64,000 bases of DNA, taken from the IMG/VR virus record IMGVR_UViG_3300011113_000415; one strand, given 5' to 3'. Position 1 is the stretch's first letter. The number at the start of each line of letters is the position of its first letter. Shown piece by piece: positions 39,048 to 46,851 of the stretch. The DNA is from a virus. Lineage: Duplodnaviria > Caudoviricetes. A model generated the notes under the pieces. That model was not told where the DNA came from. It made no database searches and saw only the letters and a list, made by a program, of their open reading frames with translations. The position numbers and the translations under genes were made by a program.

Positions 39048-39203
39048 ATGACAGATACAAAATGTAAACGTCAGGCAGAGTACACGCGACAACACACACT
39101 AACTGAAGCAGATCTTCGCAGAATGATGGCAGAAAAATTAGAACGTGCTCGAGCGTGGCATAATGCCATGATCAAGCGACGAGTTCTTCAAGAGAACCGT
39201 TGA
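39048..39203 (+). CDS. Small basic hypothetical protein (51 aa)
   Basis: AAAGGA RBS; MTDTKCKRQ...RVLQENR. Confidence 0.5.
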   Translation: MTDTKCKRQAEYTRQHTLTEADLRRMMAEKLERARAWHNAMIKRRVLQENR

Positions 39204-39408
39204 TTCATGTAGTGGCGACAGGAAACGAGATCCTGCAACACACTTTAAACAGTTGCAAATGGGCGGCCTCGGGGATGGATTATCTTCTTGTAGACAAAAA
39301 AATCCGAGCGTATCGAAGCACTTTATCCTTCGGCTCTCTAGCACAAGGGCTAGAGCAAGGTAACCATAGAGTGCTTCGATACACGCATTCACAAGAGTGT
39401 GTTTATAT

Positions 39409-39486
39409 GCCCCTATGGACAAATTGGTAAAGTCATCTCTCTCAAAAGGAGAAGTCGTCTCTGTTCGAATCAGAGTAGGGGTACCA
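39409..39486 (+). tRNA. tRNA-Leu(CAA), short variable loop
   Basis: Loop CTCAAAA; CCA encoded. Confidence 0.85.
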
Positions 39487-39490
39487 TCAT

Positions 39491-39582
39491 GGAAGATGAT
39501 GCAGGTGGGATGGTCCGCCGACGAGCCTTGAAAACTCGGTTCCGAGAAATCGGATGGGGTTCGACTCCTCCGTCTTCCGCCA
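39491..39582 (+). tRNA. tRNA-Ser(TGA)
   Basis: Loop CTTGAAA, long variable arm, G73, CCA. Confidence 0.9.
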
Positions 39583-39587
39583 ATTGT

Positions 39588-39664
39588 TGGGGATTCGCCA
39601 AGTTGGTTAAGGCATCGGATTTTGATTCCGACATGCATAGGTTCGAATCCTATATCCCCTACCA
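39588..39664 (+). tRNA. tRNA-Gln(TTG)
   Basis: Loop TTTTGAT; CCA. Confidence 0.9.
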
Positions 39665-39669
39665 AATTT

Positions 39670-40860
39670 TCAAACGTAAGGTTTGATCAATTCGTAAAAC
39701 TCAGGAAACGTAGATTCAAAAGACTGGTCGCGCATGCGATCTAAATCTTTTGTCATGTGCCAAAACCATTCCCAAGCATTTACATCATAGGATATGTATT
39801 CAGGTATACTTTGCATCATGAAATTAACTGTGGCAGTATCTTGAAGTATTTTTTCAGCGACTATTTTTTTCAATGACATTGGCATGTGTCGTATATCATA
39901 CTCAGGTGGACTGTAGACAAAATTACAGCCTACTATTATTCCAAATTTTGCTAAATTTTTTTTGATTTCATCAATATAAAATACATTTAGTGGTGTGACT
40001 GTGACACAGATGTTAATTTCTGTGTTGGGATGATTTGCGGTCCAGTCTTTGTAGCGTTGCAGATTTTCAAATACCACGTTAGCGTCAACTGGATATCTAA
40101 TATATTCAAGATGTTTGTGGACATGACTGTCTATGCTAATTCCAATTTTTACATATTTGTATTTGACCAGTGTGTCTAGATATGCTGGGTTCCATATTGT
40201 AGCATTGGTATGAAGTCTTAAACTAACTTTGGAACTCTTGCCAGCATCGGCCACTGTTTTTAATACACGAAACAACCCAGGTGTTAGGAATGGCTCACCA
40301 CCGTATATATCAAAAAACTCCAAGTTTGGTAACCATTGCTCCGTAGTCTCCCATATGGGATTATCTCTATCAAATGCAGATCTTATGCTTTCAAATCGTT
40401 TGGTATACTCTTGTTGTGTGCCTTTAAATCCATCGTGTTCTATCGCAAATTGATAGGCATTGTTATACCAACCTGTACTAGTGGCCGGATTGCACATTCT
40501 ACAGGCAAGATTACAAACGTTGCCAGGTTTCATAATCAGCACACGAGGCTGATCAGGCAATGACTCAAGATGACCAAACATGTGGTTGAATCGCTGTCTA
40601 CTACTGATTTTTCCACTGGCTTCTAGGTCCTGGCAAGGTCTGCAACTTTCAATGGTTTTTCCGTGGTCTAATCCAGCAGCCAACATTTTTCTAGTGGGAC
40701 TAGACCAGGCTTCAGCCAAGGTATTTTTGTCAGCAAACAGCACCTGTTGTTGACGATTGGTAAAACTCCAATTGTTTATGTTGCAGGCACAGAAGTCACC
40801 ATCGTTTTGAATGGCCAGGCCCATATGTGGCATCACACAAAAAGTGTCAGATTTAAGCAT
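39670..40860 (-). CDS. Radical SAM protein (SPASM/twitch-associated type), antisense inside the tRNA array
   Basis: CNLACRMC; N-terminal FCVMP...C...C motif; YGGEPF; HTNAT. Confidence 0.85.
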   Translation of the reverse strand: MLKSDTFCVMPHMGLAIQNDGDFCACNINNWSFTNRQQQVLFADKNTLAEAWSSPTRKMLAAGLDHGKTIESCRPCQDLEASGKISSRQRFNHMFGHLESLPDQPRVLIMKPGNVCNLACRMCNPATSTGWYNNAYQFAIEHDGFKGTQQEYTKRFESIRSAFDRDNPIWETTEQWLPNLEFFDIYGGEPFLTPGLFRVLKTVADAGKSSKVSLRLHTNATIWNPAYLDTLVKYKYVKIGISIDSHVHKHLEYIRYPVDANVVFENLQRYKDWTANHPNTEINICVTVTPLNVFYIDEIKKNLAKFGIIVGCNFVYSPPEYDIRHMPMSLKKIVAEKILQDTATVNFMMQSIPEYISYDVNAWEWFWHMTKDLDRMRDQSFESTFPEFYELIKPYV

Positions 40861-40909
40861 CCTTTATTTAACTGCTAGATATTGTGTTGTAAAAATACAA
40901 CAATCAGCA

Positions 40910-40938
40910 TTGACCAATAATTGGTAAACTGCTACAAT
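40910..40938 (+). promoter_or_regulatory. Sigma70 promoter
   Basis: TTGACC-17-TACAAT. Confidence 0.7.
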
Positions 40939-40982
40939 AGAACTTAACAAAGCAACAAAGTCGATCGAGACTGGTTGCACTA

Positions 40983-41183
40983 GATCTTTAAAATACTCAA
41001 AGAGGTTACCAGACCCGTTAGAGGCATTGGTAGAAGTGAACAAGGCATCGGCGGGTGCCCACTTGCTATCAGTCATGAAATAGGCTCTCACTCCCCCTCG
41101 GGAGGTGATCCGGTAGAAGCGGCGGACCGTCTGGCAGTAATGACCGTGGTGACTTGGCCTCGCAAGCCAAGCAGAATAAGATC
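40983..41183 (+). ncRNA. Candidate structured ncRNA (~200 nt, unassigned)
   Basis: GATCTT/AAGATC closing stem; TACCA/TGGTA and CTTGGC/GCCAAG hairpins; directly after a promoter. Confidence 0.4.
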
Positions 41184-41212
41184 CACAATGGTTCCTCAAT
41201 GTACAAAAACAT

Positions 41213-41288
41213 GCTCCGTTCGTCTATCGGTTAGGACACCGGCCTTTCACGTCGGTAAGGAGGGGTTCGATTCCCCCACGGAGTACCA
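41213..41288 (+). tRNA. tRNA-Glu(TTC)
   Basis: Loop CTTTCAC; CCA. Confidence 0.93.
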
Positions 41289-41296
41289 TTGTTTTT

Positions 41297-41440
41297 ATAG
41301 TCAAGCATCGATAAGGTACCGTGTTGGGACGCCAACACTATTCGGGTCAAAGCGGCCGGCGACTGATCCTGACATAACTGCCTCGGCTTTGGAACTGTTA
41401 GCGCAGGACTCCTAAATTGGCATTCTCGGTGCTTGACTAT
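41297..41440 (+). ncRNA. Candidate structured ncRNA (~144 nt, unassigned)
   Basis: 15-bp closing stem ATAGTCAAGCATCGA/TCGGTGCTTGACTAT; inner GTGTTGG/CCAACAC hairpin. Confidence 0.5.
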
Positions 41441-41448
41441 AAAAATTT

Positions 41449-41526
41449 GGTCTGTTAGTATAGTTGGCCTAATACGCCTGCCTGTCACGCAGGAGATCAG
41501 GGATTCGAATTCCCTACAGACCGCCA
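41449..41526 (+). tRNA. tRNA-Asp(GTC)
   Basis: Loop CTGTCAC; CCA. Confidence 0.93.
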
Positions 41527-41614
41527 AGTTTTGAAGCCACATCGCCTGGGCACTTCTCTCAGCAATGAGACACTAGGTCCTGCAACCGTGGCTTCTCCCT
41601 TTATGGAGTTGACT

Positions 41615-41857
41615 ATGACACTACACAATTTGACAGCCGGTGGTGTTGCTATCATTGAAACTGTCGACGGCAACTACAGTGCAAGGTTGAAATCAATGGG
41701 ATTTCGATCAGGACAAATGGTTCAAGTTCTTAGAAGAACCGCTCATGTCATGCATGTTCGTGTTGGTAGCACCGAGTGGGCCATACGTGATCGCGATGCT
41801 GAGTCAGTAAAAATTATTCCGGAAAACCCGAGCAAGGTGCATGGGCGTGACTGTTAA
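41615..41857 (+). CDS. feoA: FeoA-domain protein (reads into tRNA-Asn)
   Basis: RLKSMGFRSGQMVQVLR...VRVGSTEWAIR; GGAG RBS. Confidence 0.7.
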   Translation: MTLHNLTAGGVAIIETVDGNYSARLKSMGFRSGQMVQVLRRTAHVMHVRVGSTEWAIRDRDAESVKIIPENPSKVHGRDC

Positions 41858-41896
41858 TCACTGGTTAGAAGGGTTCGATTCCCTTATCCGGAGCCA
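41818..41896 (+). tRNA. tRNA-Asn(GTT)
   Basis: Loop CTGTTAA; G73; CCA. Confidence 0.88.
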
Positions 41897-41900
41897 AATT

Positions 41901-41974
41901 GCCTCTGTAGTATAATGGATAATACACTGGCCTACGAAGCCGGCGATTGTGGTTCAATTCCCCACAGAGGCTCC
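41901..41974 (+). tRNA. tRNA-Arg(ACG)
   Basis: Loop CTACGAA; imperfect T-stem; CCA. Confidence 0.82.
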
Positions 41975-41975
41975 A

Positions 41976-42050
41976 TGCCCCTTTAGTTTAAAAGTAAAAC
42001 AGACGCTTGATAAGCGTCAGTCGGAGGAGCGTTACCTCCCGGGGGTACCA
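41976..42050 (+). tRNA. tRNA-Ile(GAT), non-canonical T-loop
   Basis: Loop TTGATAA; T-loop AGCGTTA; CCA. Confidence 0.82.
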
Positions 42051-42071
42051 TGTTTTTAAAAGGAGAATGCG

Positions 42072-42212
42072 ATGAAACGCAAGATAACCGTCCGGCAACG
42101 TAACCCCTTCGTTGCATTGGCCATGAAACGTAAAGCGGGTAGCCATCGAAAGACTAACAAAGCAGTTCGTCGATGGGACAAAGTAAGGGATCGTAATTCA
42201 AAGGTAGAATAG
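42072..42212 (+). CDS. 46-aa K/R-rich peptide (stop codon lies inside tRNA-Lys)
   Basis: AAGGAG RBS; MKRKITVRQRNPFVALAMKRKAGSHRKTNKAVRRWDKVRDRNSKVE. Confidence 0.6.
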   Translation: MKRKITVRQRNPFVALAMKRKAGSHRKTNKAVRRWDKVRDRNSKVE

Positions 42213-42260
42213 TGGGCTTTTAACTCATCTATCCCAGTTCGAGTCTGGGCGGTCCTACCA
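42187..42260 (+). tRNA. tRNA-Lys(TTT)
   Basis: Loop CTTTTAA; CCA. Confidence 0.9.
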
Positions 42261-42289
42261 TATAAAAATATATTGTTTCAGTGTATTTC

Positions 42290-42333
42290 TATATGGTGTC
42301 AATAGTCTAGTGGCAAAACCGCGGGTTGTGATT
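42290..42333 (+). pseudogene. 5' half of tRNA-His (duplicate of 44257-44300)
   Basis: 44-bp direct repeat with 2 mismatches, ending just past the GTG anticodon loop. Confidence 0.85.
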
Positions 42334-42348
42334 TAGATATGCTCGAAA

Positions 42349-42933
42349 CTATGCGATTATTTGTTGACTTAGTTCTTTTAATTTAGCCACTGTAGGAGCA
42401 TCATCTTTGAAACCGATTTGTAAGGCAGTTCTTGATCCGTCAACCATGTTTTCAACACTGTGCAAACATTGTGTGCTGAAAAATACCCACTGCCCAACTT
42501 GAAAGCGATGACGACATATTTCAATTAAATTACTGTAGTCTGTGCCAAAGGTAAAAGGTACCCTAATGTAAGGTTGGTTTTTTTCACGCCAGTGTACAGT
42601 ATCAACTTCGGAACCGCCGGTTTCGAATAACCACATTAACGCCCAATAACGCGACTGATCGGTATGCGGAGGTGATATTCCTTTGCCCATAACACTGATG
42701 CCAATATCTTGATTATGATCACTGCCTACATTTTCATCTACCCAGTCTTGGATTCTTTTACTAACTTTATATTTTGTATAATCCATTGGTAAAATTTCTT
42801 TACCATCTCTTATGGTTATCCTAGGTGTACACTTTATGTCATAAGTGTCATTTCCTAAAAAAAGTTGTTCAGGAAATGGGGGCAAGTCAGGGAAAAAAAC
42901 TAATTCATCTTTGGTCATAAAAGCCTCTCTCAA
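42349..42933 (-). CDS. 2OG-Fe(II) oxygenase-like protein
   Basis: PHTD...LHSVEN...RTALQI. Confidence 0.55.
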   Translation of the reverse strand: MREAFMTKDELVFFPDLPPFPEQLFLGNDTYDIKCTPRITIRDGKEILPMDYTKYKVSKRIQDWVDENVGSDHNQDIGISVMGKGISPPHTDQSRYWALMWLFETGGSEVDTVHWREKNQPYIRVPFTFGTDYSNLIEICRHRFQVGQWVFFSTQCLHSVENMVDGSRTALQIGFKDDAPTVAKLKELSQQIIA

Positions 42934-42987
42934 CTATTTATCCTGCAAAATCTGCATCTTCAAAATCGCGTATATTAAATATAAATT

Positions 42988-44223
42988 ATGCTTACAAAAA
43001 ACATCTATTTACTGTATCCAGCAGGTTATTCAGGCAACTTCATCAAATGGGCCATTAGTGCCAGTGACATAGATTTGCAAAAAATCACAGTCAATGACCC
43101 TATAAACAAAACGTTTAGTCACAAATACGGTGGGCCCGGGACAACACATTTAGAGGACAGAGTACCCACACATCAAGACATTTATAGGCATCTTATTTGG
43201 ATGGCATACAATCGTCCGGTAGCCAATCAAATCTATATACTTTTTACAACTTCACAATCAATGAGTCAAACCTTAGACGGAATTTTGAGCACAGATCCTG
43301 ATCCATTGATTATTATCATACATGACAACAGAGATAGAGACACAAGAACCTACGGAAATTTAAATGCTATAACCAAATGGCCTACCTACATGCACACTAG
43401 ACAAACTCTTTGGAACTTTGAAAAACAATCAAGATTAGAATACAGTTTGATGACAAATCATGACTTTTTCAATTGTGAAAATGATATGAATTTGAGAAAT
43501 ATGATTGCTCTGAAGAGTTTTGCATGGCTAGTAGAACTTGATCCGTTTGACGATCAGTCAAAAAATCAATACCTTGAGGATTTGTTAAAAAATAAACTTT
43601 GGTTTGATACGAGACAGCAATATCAACCACATGAATTGCTGCCGCACATGTATGCGGTACATGAAGCACTGCCAAATAATGCAGTTCATCAACTGAGTTG
43701 TAAAGATGTGGTCAGTGAAAATTTTCCAAATATTTTATATGATATTTTAAAGACCAGTGGTTGTTGTAGTGAATTTGATATATCACCAGTCAAACAGATA
43801 CATGAAAAGTATATCTCTGCTCAGAAAAATTTAGATTGGTTCTCTTCAATTGCGCATTGGAGAAAAACTGGTTATCTTGATCAATACCTAGTAAGTCATG
43901 CAGTCATTCAAGGCTTTGTAATTCAAGAAATTTTAGAAAAGTTGAAATTCATTGATTACATCAAGTTTGATCCACATTACAAATGGTACGATTTTTATCA
44001 GGCTGTTCGTGACCAGGGTTGGCCGGATTGTGATCAAGAAAAAGATTTTTTGACATTGCCTTTACATATTAGAGAAGAATTAATTACAAAATTTAATTAC
44101 AAATTTGAACCTATACAGGTACAAAATAATCAAATTTTAAAAGCATTAGAAAATTGGGAATCAATGTCTATACAAGAAATCAATGATTTGTATCTACAAA
44201 GTGATGTTTGGTCTATTTATTAA
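42988..44223 (+). CDS. AT-rich hypothetical protein (sulfotransferase-like N-terminus)
   Basis: YPAGYSGNFIKW; YQAVRDQGWPDC motif. Confidence 0.55.
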   Translation: MLTKNIYLLYPAGYSGNFIKWAISASDIDLQKITVNDPINKTFSHKYGGPGTTHLEDRVPTHQDIYRHLIWMAYNRPVANQIYILFTTSQSMSQTLDGILSTDPDPLIIIIHDNRDRDTRTYGNLNAITKWPTYMHTRQTLWNFEKQSRLEYSLMTNHDFFNCENDMNLRNMIALKSFAWLVELDPFDDQSKNQYLEDLLKNKLWFDTRQQYQPHELLPHMYAVHEALPNNAVHQLSCKDVVSENFPNILYDILKTSGCCSEFDISPVKQIHEKYISAQKNLDWFSSIAHWRKTGYLDQYLVSHAVIQGFVIQEILEKLKFIDYIKFDPHYKWYDFYQAVRDQGWPDCDQEKDFLTLPLHIREELITKFNYKFEPIQVQNNQILKALENWESMSIQEINDLYLQSDVWSIY

Positions 44224-44261
44224 ACAAAAAACATCGTAATTCCTTAATTTATCAATTATAT

Positions 44262-44336
44262 GGTGTCCATAGTTTAGTGGCAAAACCGCGGGTTGTGATT
44301 CCGCTATCATGAGTTCGATTCTCATTGGATACCCCA
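44262..44336 (+). tRNA. tRNA-His(GTG)
   Basis: G-1:C73; loop TTGTGAT; CCA. Confidence 0.92.
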
Positions 44337-44337
44337 G

Positions 44338-44412
44338 GGATGAGTAGCATAATGGTAGTGCGCCTCCTTCATACGGAGTCAGGTGGTAGTTCGATTCTAC
44401 CTTCATCCACCA
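44338..44412 (+). tRNA. tRNA-Met(CAT), probably elongator
   Basis: Loop TTCATAC; paired 1-72; CCA. Confidence 0.85.
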
Positions 44413-44415
44413 TGA

Positions 44416-44613
44416 TTATTCGCCGGAGCGGTTGGCCACTTCTTGTGCGTCACCCATGACTTCAGGCGGGGCACCTGGCACATTGTTTGTGGTTGGGTCC
44501 AGCAACATTTCATTTGCCGCAAGTGCCGCAATTAGGTAATGTACTTTTTTCTCAAGATCCCGAAGTGCGCTGTTGGGATCAATACGTGTGTCTCTAGCAA
44601 AAAAATTGTCCAT
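44416..44613 (-). CDS. Hypothetical protein
   Basis: 65 aa; AAGGAAA RBS on minus strand. Confidence 0.5.
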   Translation of the reverse strand: MDNFFARDTRIDPNSALRDLEKKVHYLIAALAANEMLLDPTTNNVPGAPPEVMGDAQEVANRSGE

Positions 44614-44646
44614 AATAGTTTCCTTTGTAGAGTATTCAACACGTTT

Positions 44647-44730
44647 GCCCCGGTGGTGTAATGGCAGCCACGATGGTCTTAGAAACCATTGCTTAACAGC
44701 GTGTCGGTTCGAGTCCGACCTGGGGCACCA
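44647..44730 (+). tRNA. tRNA-Leu(TAG)
   Basis: Loop CTTAGAA; long variable arm; CCA. Confidence 0.92.
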
Positions 44731-44736
44731 TGATAT

Positions 44737-44810
44737 GGCTCGTTAGTATAGTGGCAGTGCGGAAGTCTCCAAAACTTCTAGCGGTGGTTCGATTCCATCA
44801 CGAGTCGCCA
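44737..44810 (+). tRNA. tRNA-Trp(CCA)
   Basis: Loop CTCCAAA; CCA. Confidence 0.92.
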
Positions 44811-44817
44811 AAAATTT

Positions 44818-44892
44818 GGGCTGTTGGTATAGTTGGGAACACAGTGGCTTTGCAAGCCTCAGTCCCCGGTTCGAACCCGGGACGGTCCACCA
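44818..44892 (+). tRNA. tRNA-Ala(TGC)
   Basis: Loop TTTGCAA; G3:U70; CCA. Confidence 0.92.
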
Positions 44893-44900
44893 TAAAATTC

Positions 44901-44988
44901 GGAGGTATCGCATAGCGGTCGATTGCACGGGACTGTAAATCCTGCGCCCTTAGGGGCCTCGGTGGTTCAAATCCATCTACCTCCACCA
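44901..44988 (+). tRNA. tRNA-Tyr(GTA)
   Basis: Loop CTGTAAA; long variable arm; CCA. Confidence 0.92.
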
Positions 44989-44991
44989 CTT

Positions 44992-45065
44992 GCCTCGTTA
45001 GTTTAATGGTAGAACTCCGTCTTTACACGGCGGTTACGGCAGTTCGATTCTGTCACGAGGTACCA
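44992..45065 (+). tRNA. tRNA-Val(TAC)
   Basis: Loop TTTACAC; CCA. Confidence 0.92.
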
Positions 45066-45094
45066 TTGACACATAATTAAATATTGTATATAAT
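45066..45094 (+). promoter_or_regulatory. Consensus sigma70 promoter
   Basis: TTGACA-17-TATAAT. Confidence 0.8.
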
Positions 45095-45109
45095 ACAACA
45101 AGAAACAAT

Positions 45110-45187
45110 GCAACGGTGGCAGAGTGGTCCAATGCATGGGATTGCAAATCCCAAAAACCGCTGGTTCAAATCCAGCCCGTTGCTCCA
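45110..45187 (+). tRNA. tRNA-Cys(GCA)
   Basis: Loop TTGCAAA; U73; CCA. Confidence 0.92.
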
Positions 45188-45190
45188 TAC

Positions 45191-45430
45191 GTTCCAGCGT
45201 CACTGGATAGTCCGACCCAGACGATGAGAAGTGCAATGACATGCACGGGTGGTTCTGAAGAGGCGAATCTTCACAGTAGAGATACTGCGGTCCAACCAAA
45301 CCGGCGTTAGCAACACGAGAGCGGTCCCTGTCGGGAAGCGGGTGGAGGGTGTAAGTGATGAATAGACTAGTTGGGGCAACTTGACGAAATTTCTGATACA
45401 CTATAATTACCGCCGGGGGACGTCAGAGCA
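45191..45430 (+). ncRNA. Candidate multi-branched ncRNA (~240 nt, unassigned)
   Basis: Hairpins TCCAG/CTGGA, GTGCA/TGCAC, TGAAG/CTTCA, CAGTA/TACTG; long-range CCGAC/GTCGG and GTGTA/TACAC. Confidence 0.5.
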
Positions 45431-45439
45431 ATCAAATAC

Positions 45440-45514
45440 CGCGGGATGGAGAAGCGGTAACTCGTCAGGCTCATAACCTGAAGATCGGCGGTTCGATTCC
45501 GCCTCCCGCAACCA
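45440..45514 (+). tRNA. Initiator tRNA-fMet(CAT)
   Basis: C1:A72 mismatch; loop CTCATAA; CCA. Confidence 0.9.
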
Positions 45515-45517
45515 ACT

Positions 45518-45591
45518 GCCCTTTTAGTTAAATGGTATAACAGTTGATTTGTAATCATCAATTGGCAGTTCGATTCTGTCAAGGGGCACCA
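45518..45591 (+). tRNA. tRNA-Thr(TGT)
   Basis: Loop TTTGTAA; CCA. Confidence 0.9.
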
Positions 45592-45596
45592 CAATT

Positions 45597-45845
45597 ATGC
45601 TAGATTATATCATTACTTTTGTTGCTGTGTTTGCTACTGATTTGATTTACATTCTTTTTGTAAAGTCAATTCAGGACAACCAGCCTTGGCGTGCCGCATG
45701 GTGGTCAATGGTTTGTACACTCACAGCCTCAGTGGCCGTGATCAACTACATTGAAAATCATTGGGCCTTGATTCCGGCCCTGGCAGGTGCATTCTTCGGT
45801 GCCTATGTAGGCATGAAGTACAAGAAAAAAATCATCTCCGATTAG
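45597..45845 (+). CDS. Small membrane protein (stop codon inside tRNA-Pro)
   Basis: Three TM segments; ends KKKIISD*. Confidence 0.6.
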   Translation: MLDYIITFVAVFATDLIYILFVKSIQDNQPWRAAWWSMVCTLTASVAVINYIENHWALIPALAGAFFGAYVGMKYKKKIISD

Positions 45846-45911
45846 TATAGCCTGGTAGTACCCGTGGTTTGGGACCATGAAGCGGGAGTTCAAATCTCTC
45901 ATCGGAGACCA
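45836..45911 (+). tRNA. tRNA-Pro(TGG)
   Basis: Loop TTTGGGA; CCA. Confidence 0.9.
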
Positions 45912-46081
45912 TAAGTGTGGTATCAGGCACAAACTCACGTGGAGGATTTATCAGCATGGGATCTGGCACAAAGTCTCTACGCACAGTAGAGTAACCATGC
46001 TCTTGATAAACAACTTCAGCGGCCACACAATACAAGGCTTCAATGCCCAATTCATTGTCATATTTCATAGCCCTATTTATT

Positions 46082-46157
46082 CTGGCGTTAGTATAATGGA
46101 TCAATACAGCGGGCTTCTACCCCGCGAATGTGGGTTCGATTCCTGCACGCCGGACCA
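46082..46157 (+). tRNA. tRNA-Arg(TCT)
   Basis: Loop CTTCTAC; CCA. Confidence 0.9.
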
Positions 46158-46181
46158 CTCTATAAATAAAAGAAAGACCAT

Positions 46182-46649
46182 ATGAAAAAACTTGACCTAG
46201 ACCAAGTGAAAAATTATATACGGGCACAAACGCCCCAAACTGCTGTGTATCTTGGTTGCGACAGTGAACGTGTGAAAGTTCGCGGACGCTGGTATGCTGA
46301 CTATGCTTTGGCCATTGTGGTTCACATTGACAGTTGCCATGGTTGCAAAATCTTTGGCGAAGTTCAAAGAGAACTGGACTGGGATCAACGAAGTGATCGT
46401 CCCAGCATGAGACTCATGAACGAAGTATACAAAGTGGGTGACCTTTTTCAGAGTCTGGCAGATGTGTTGGAAGATAGATTGGTTGAAGTACACCTTGACA
46501 TCAATCCTGATCAAATGTACAAGTCAAGCATGGTGATCAATCAGGCCATTGGCTATATCAAAGGCACCTGCAATGTTACTCCCATGGTCAAGCCACTCTC
46601 TTTCGCGGCAAGTTACGCGGCGGACCGTTTACTTGTAGTTAACGGTTAG
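46182..46649 (+). CDS. RNase H-like YkuK/DUF458-family protein
   Basis: YLGCDS, RLMNEV, EVHLDIN, SFAASYAADR; TATAAATA upstream. Confidence 0.7.
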   Translation: MKKLDLDQVKNYIRAQTPQTAVYLGCDSERVKVRGRWYADYALAIVVHIDSCHGCKIFGEVQRELDWDQRSDRPSMRLMNEVYKVGDLFQSLADVLEDRLVEVHLDINPDQMYKSSMVINQAIGYIKGTCNVTPMVKPLSFAASYAADRLLVVNG

Positions 46650-46717
46650 AGACTGCTACCTATGCCGCAGATGATTAGATTTAATATAAAAGTTCAATTA
46701 AAAATTCCGCTCCAGAA

Positions 46718-46746
46718 TTGACAACACACACAGTTTGTTGTATAAT
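46718..46746 (+). promoter_or_regulatory. Consensus sigma70 promoter
   Basis: TTGACA-17-TATAAT. Confidence 0.8.
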
Positions 46747-46755
46747 TACATTGAA

Positions 46756-46845
46756 GGAACGGTCCCATAATGGTATTGGAGCAGATTGCTAATCTGTCGG
46801 CTGGTTTAATCCGGCTTCGGGGTTCAAGTCCCCGTCGTTCCGCCA
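46756..46845 (+). tRNA. tRNA-Ser(GCT)
   Basis: Loop TTGCTAA; long variable arm; G73; CCA. Confidence 0.92.
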
Positions 46846-46851
46846 AGTAAA

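Noticed and set aside
44647-44730. tRNA with TAG anticodon as an amber suppressor / recoded genome
   Set aside because: Anticodon TAG reads CUA (Leu). No CTA, TTA or TCA anticodon was found, and core genes are intact in the standard code.
45191-45430. RNase P RNA, hammerhead or HDV ribozyme identity for the candidate ncRNAs
   Set aside because: Could not find GGAAAGUCC, CUGAnGA...GAAA or an HDV nested-pseudoknot core by eye; left unassigned.
39138-46104. Long ORFs overlapping tRNAs (39138-39665, 39399-39686, 41140-41415, 41231-41542, 45003-45401, 45116-45310 and similar)
   Set aside because: They are translations of tRNA or ncRNA sequence or its complement, with no protein motifs or RBS.
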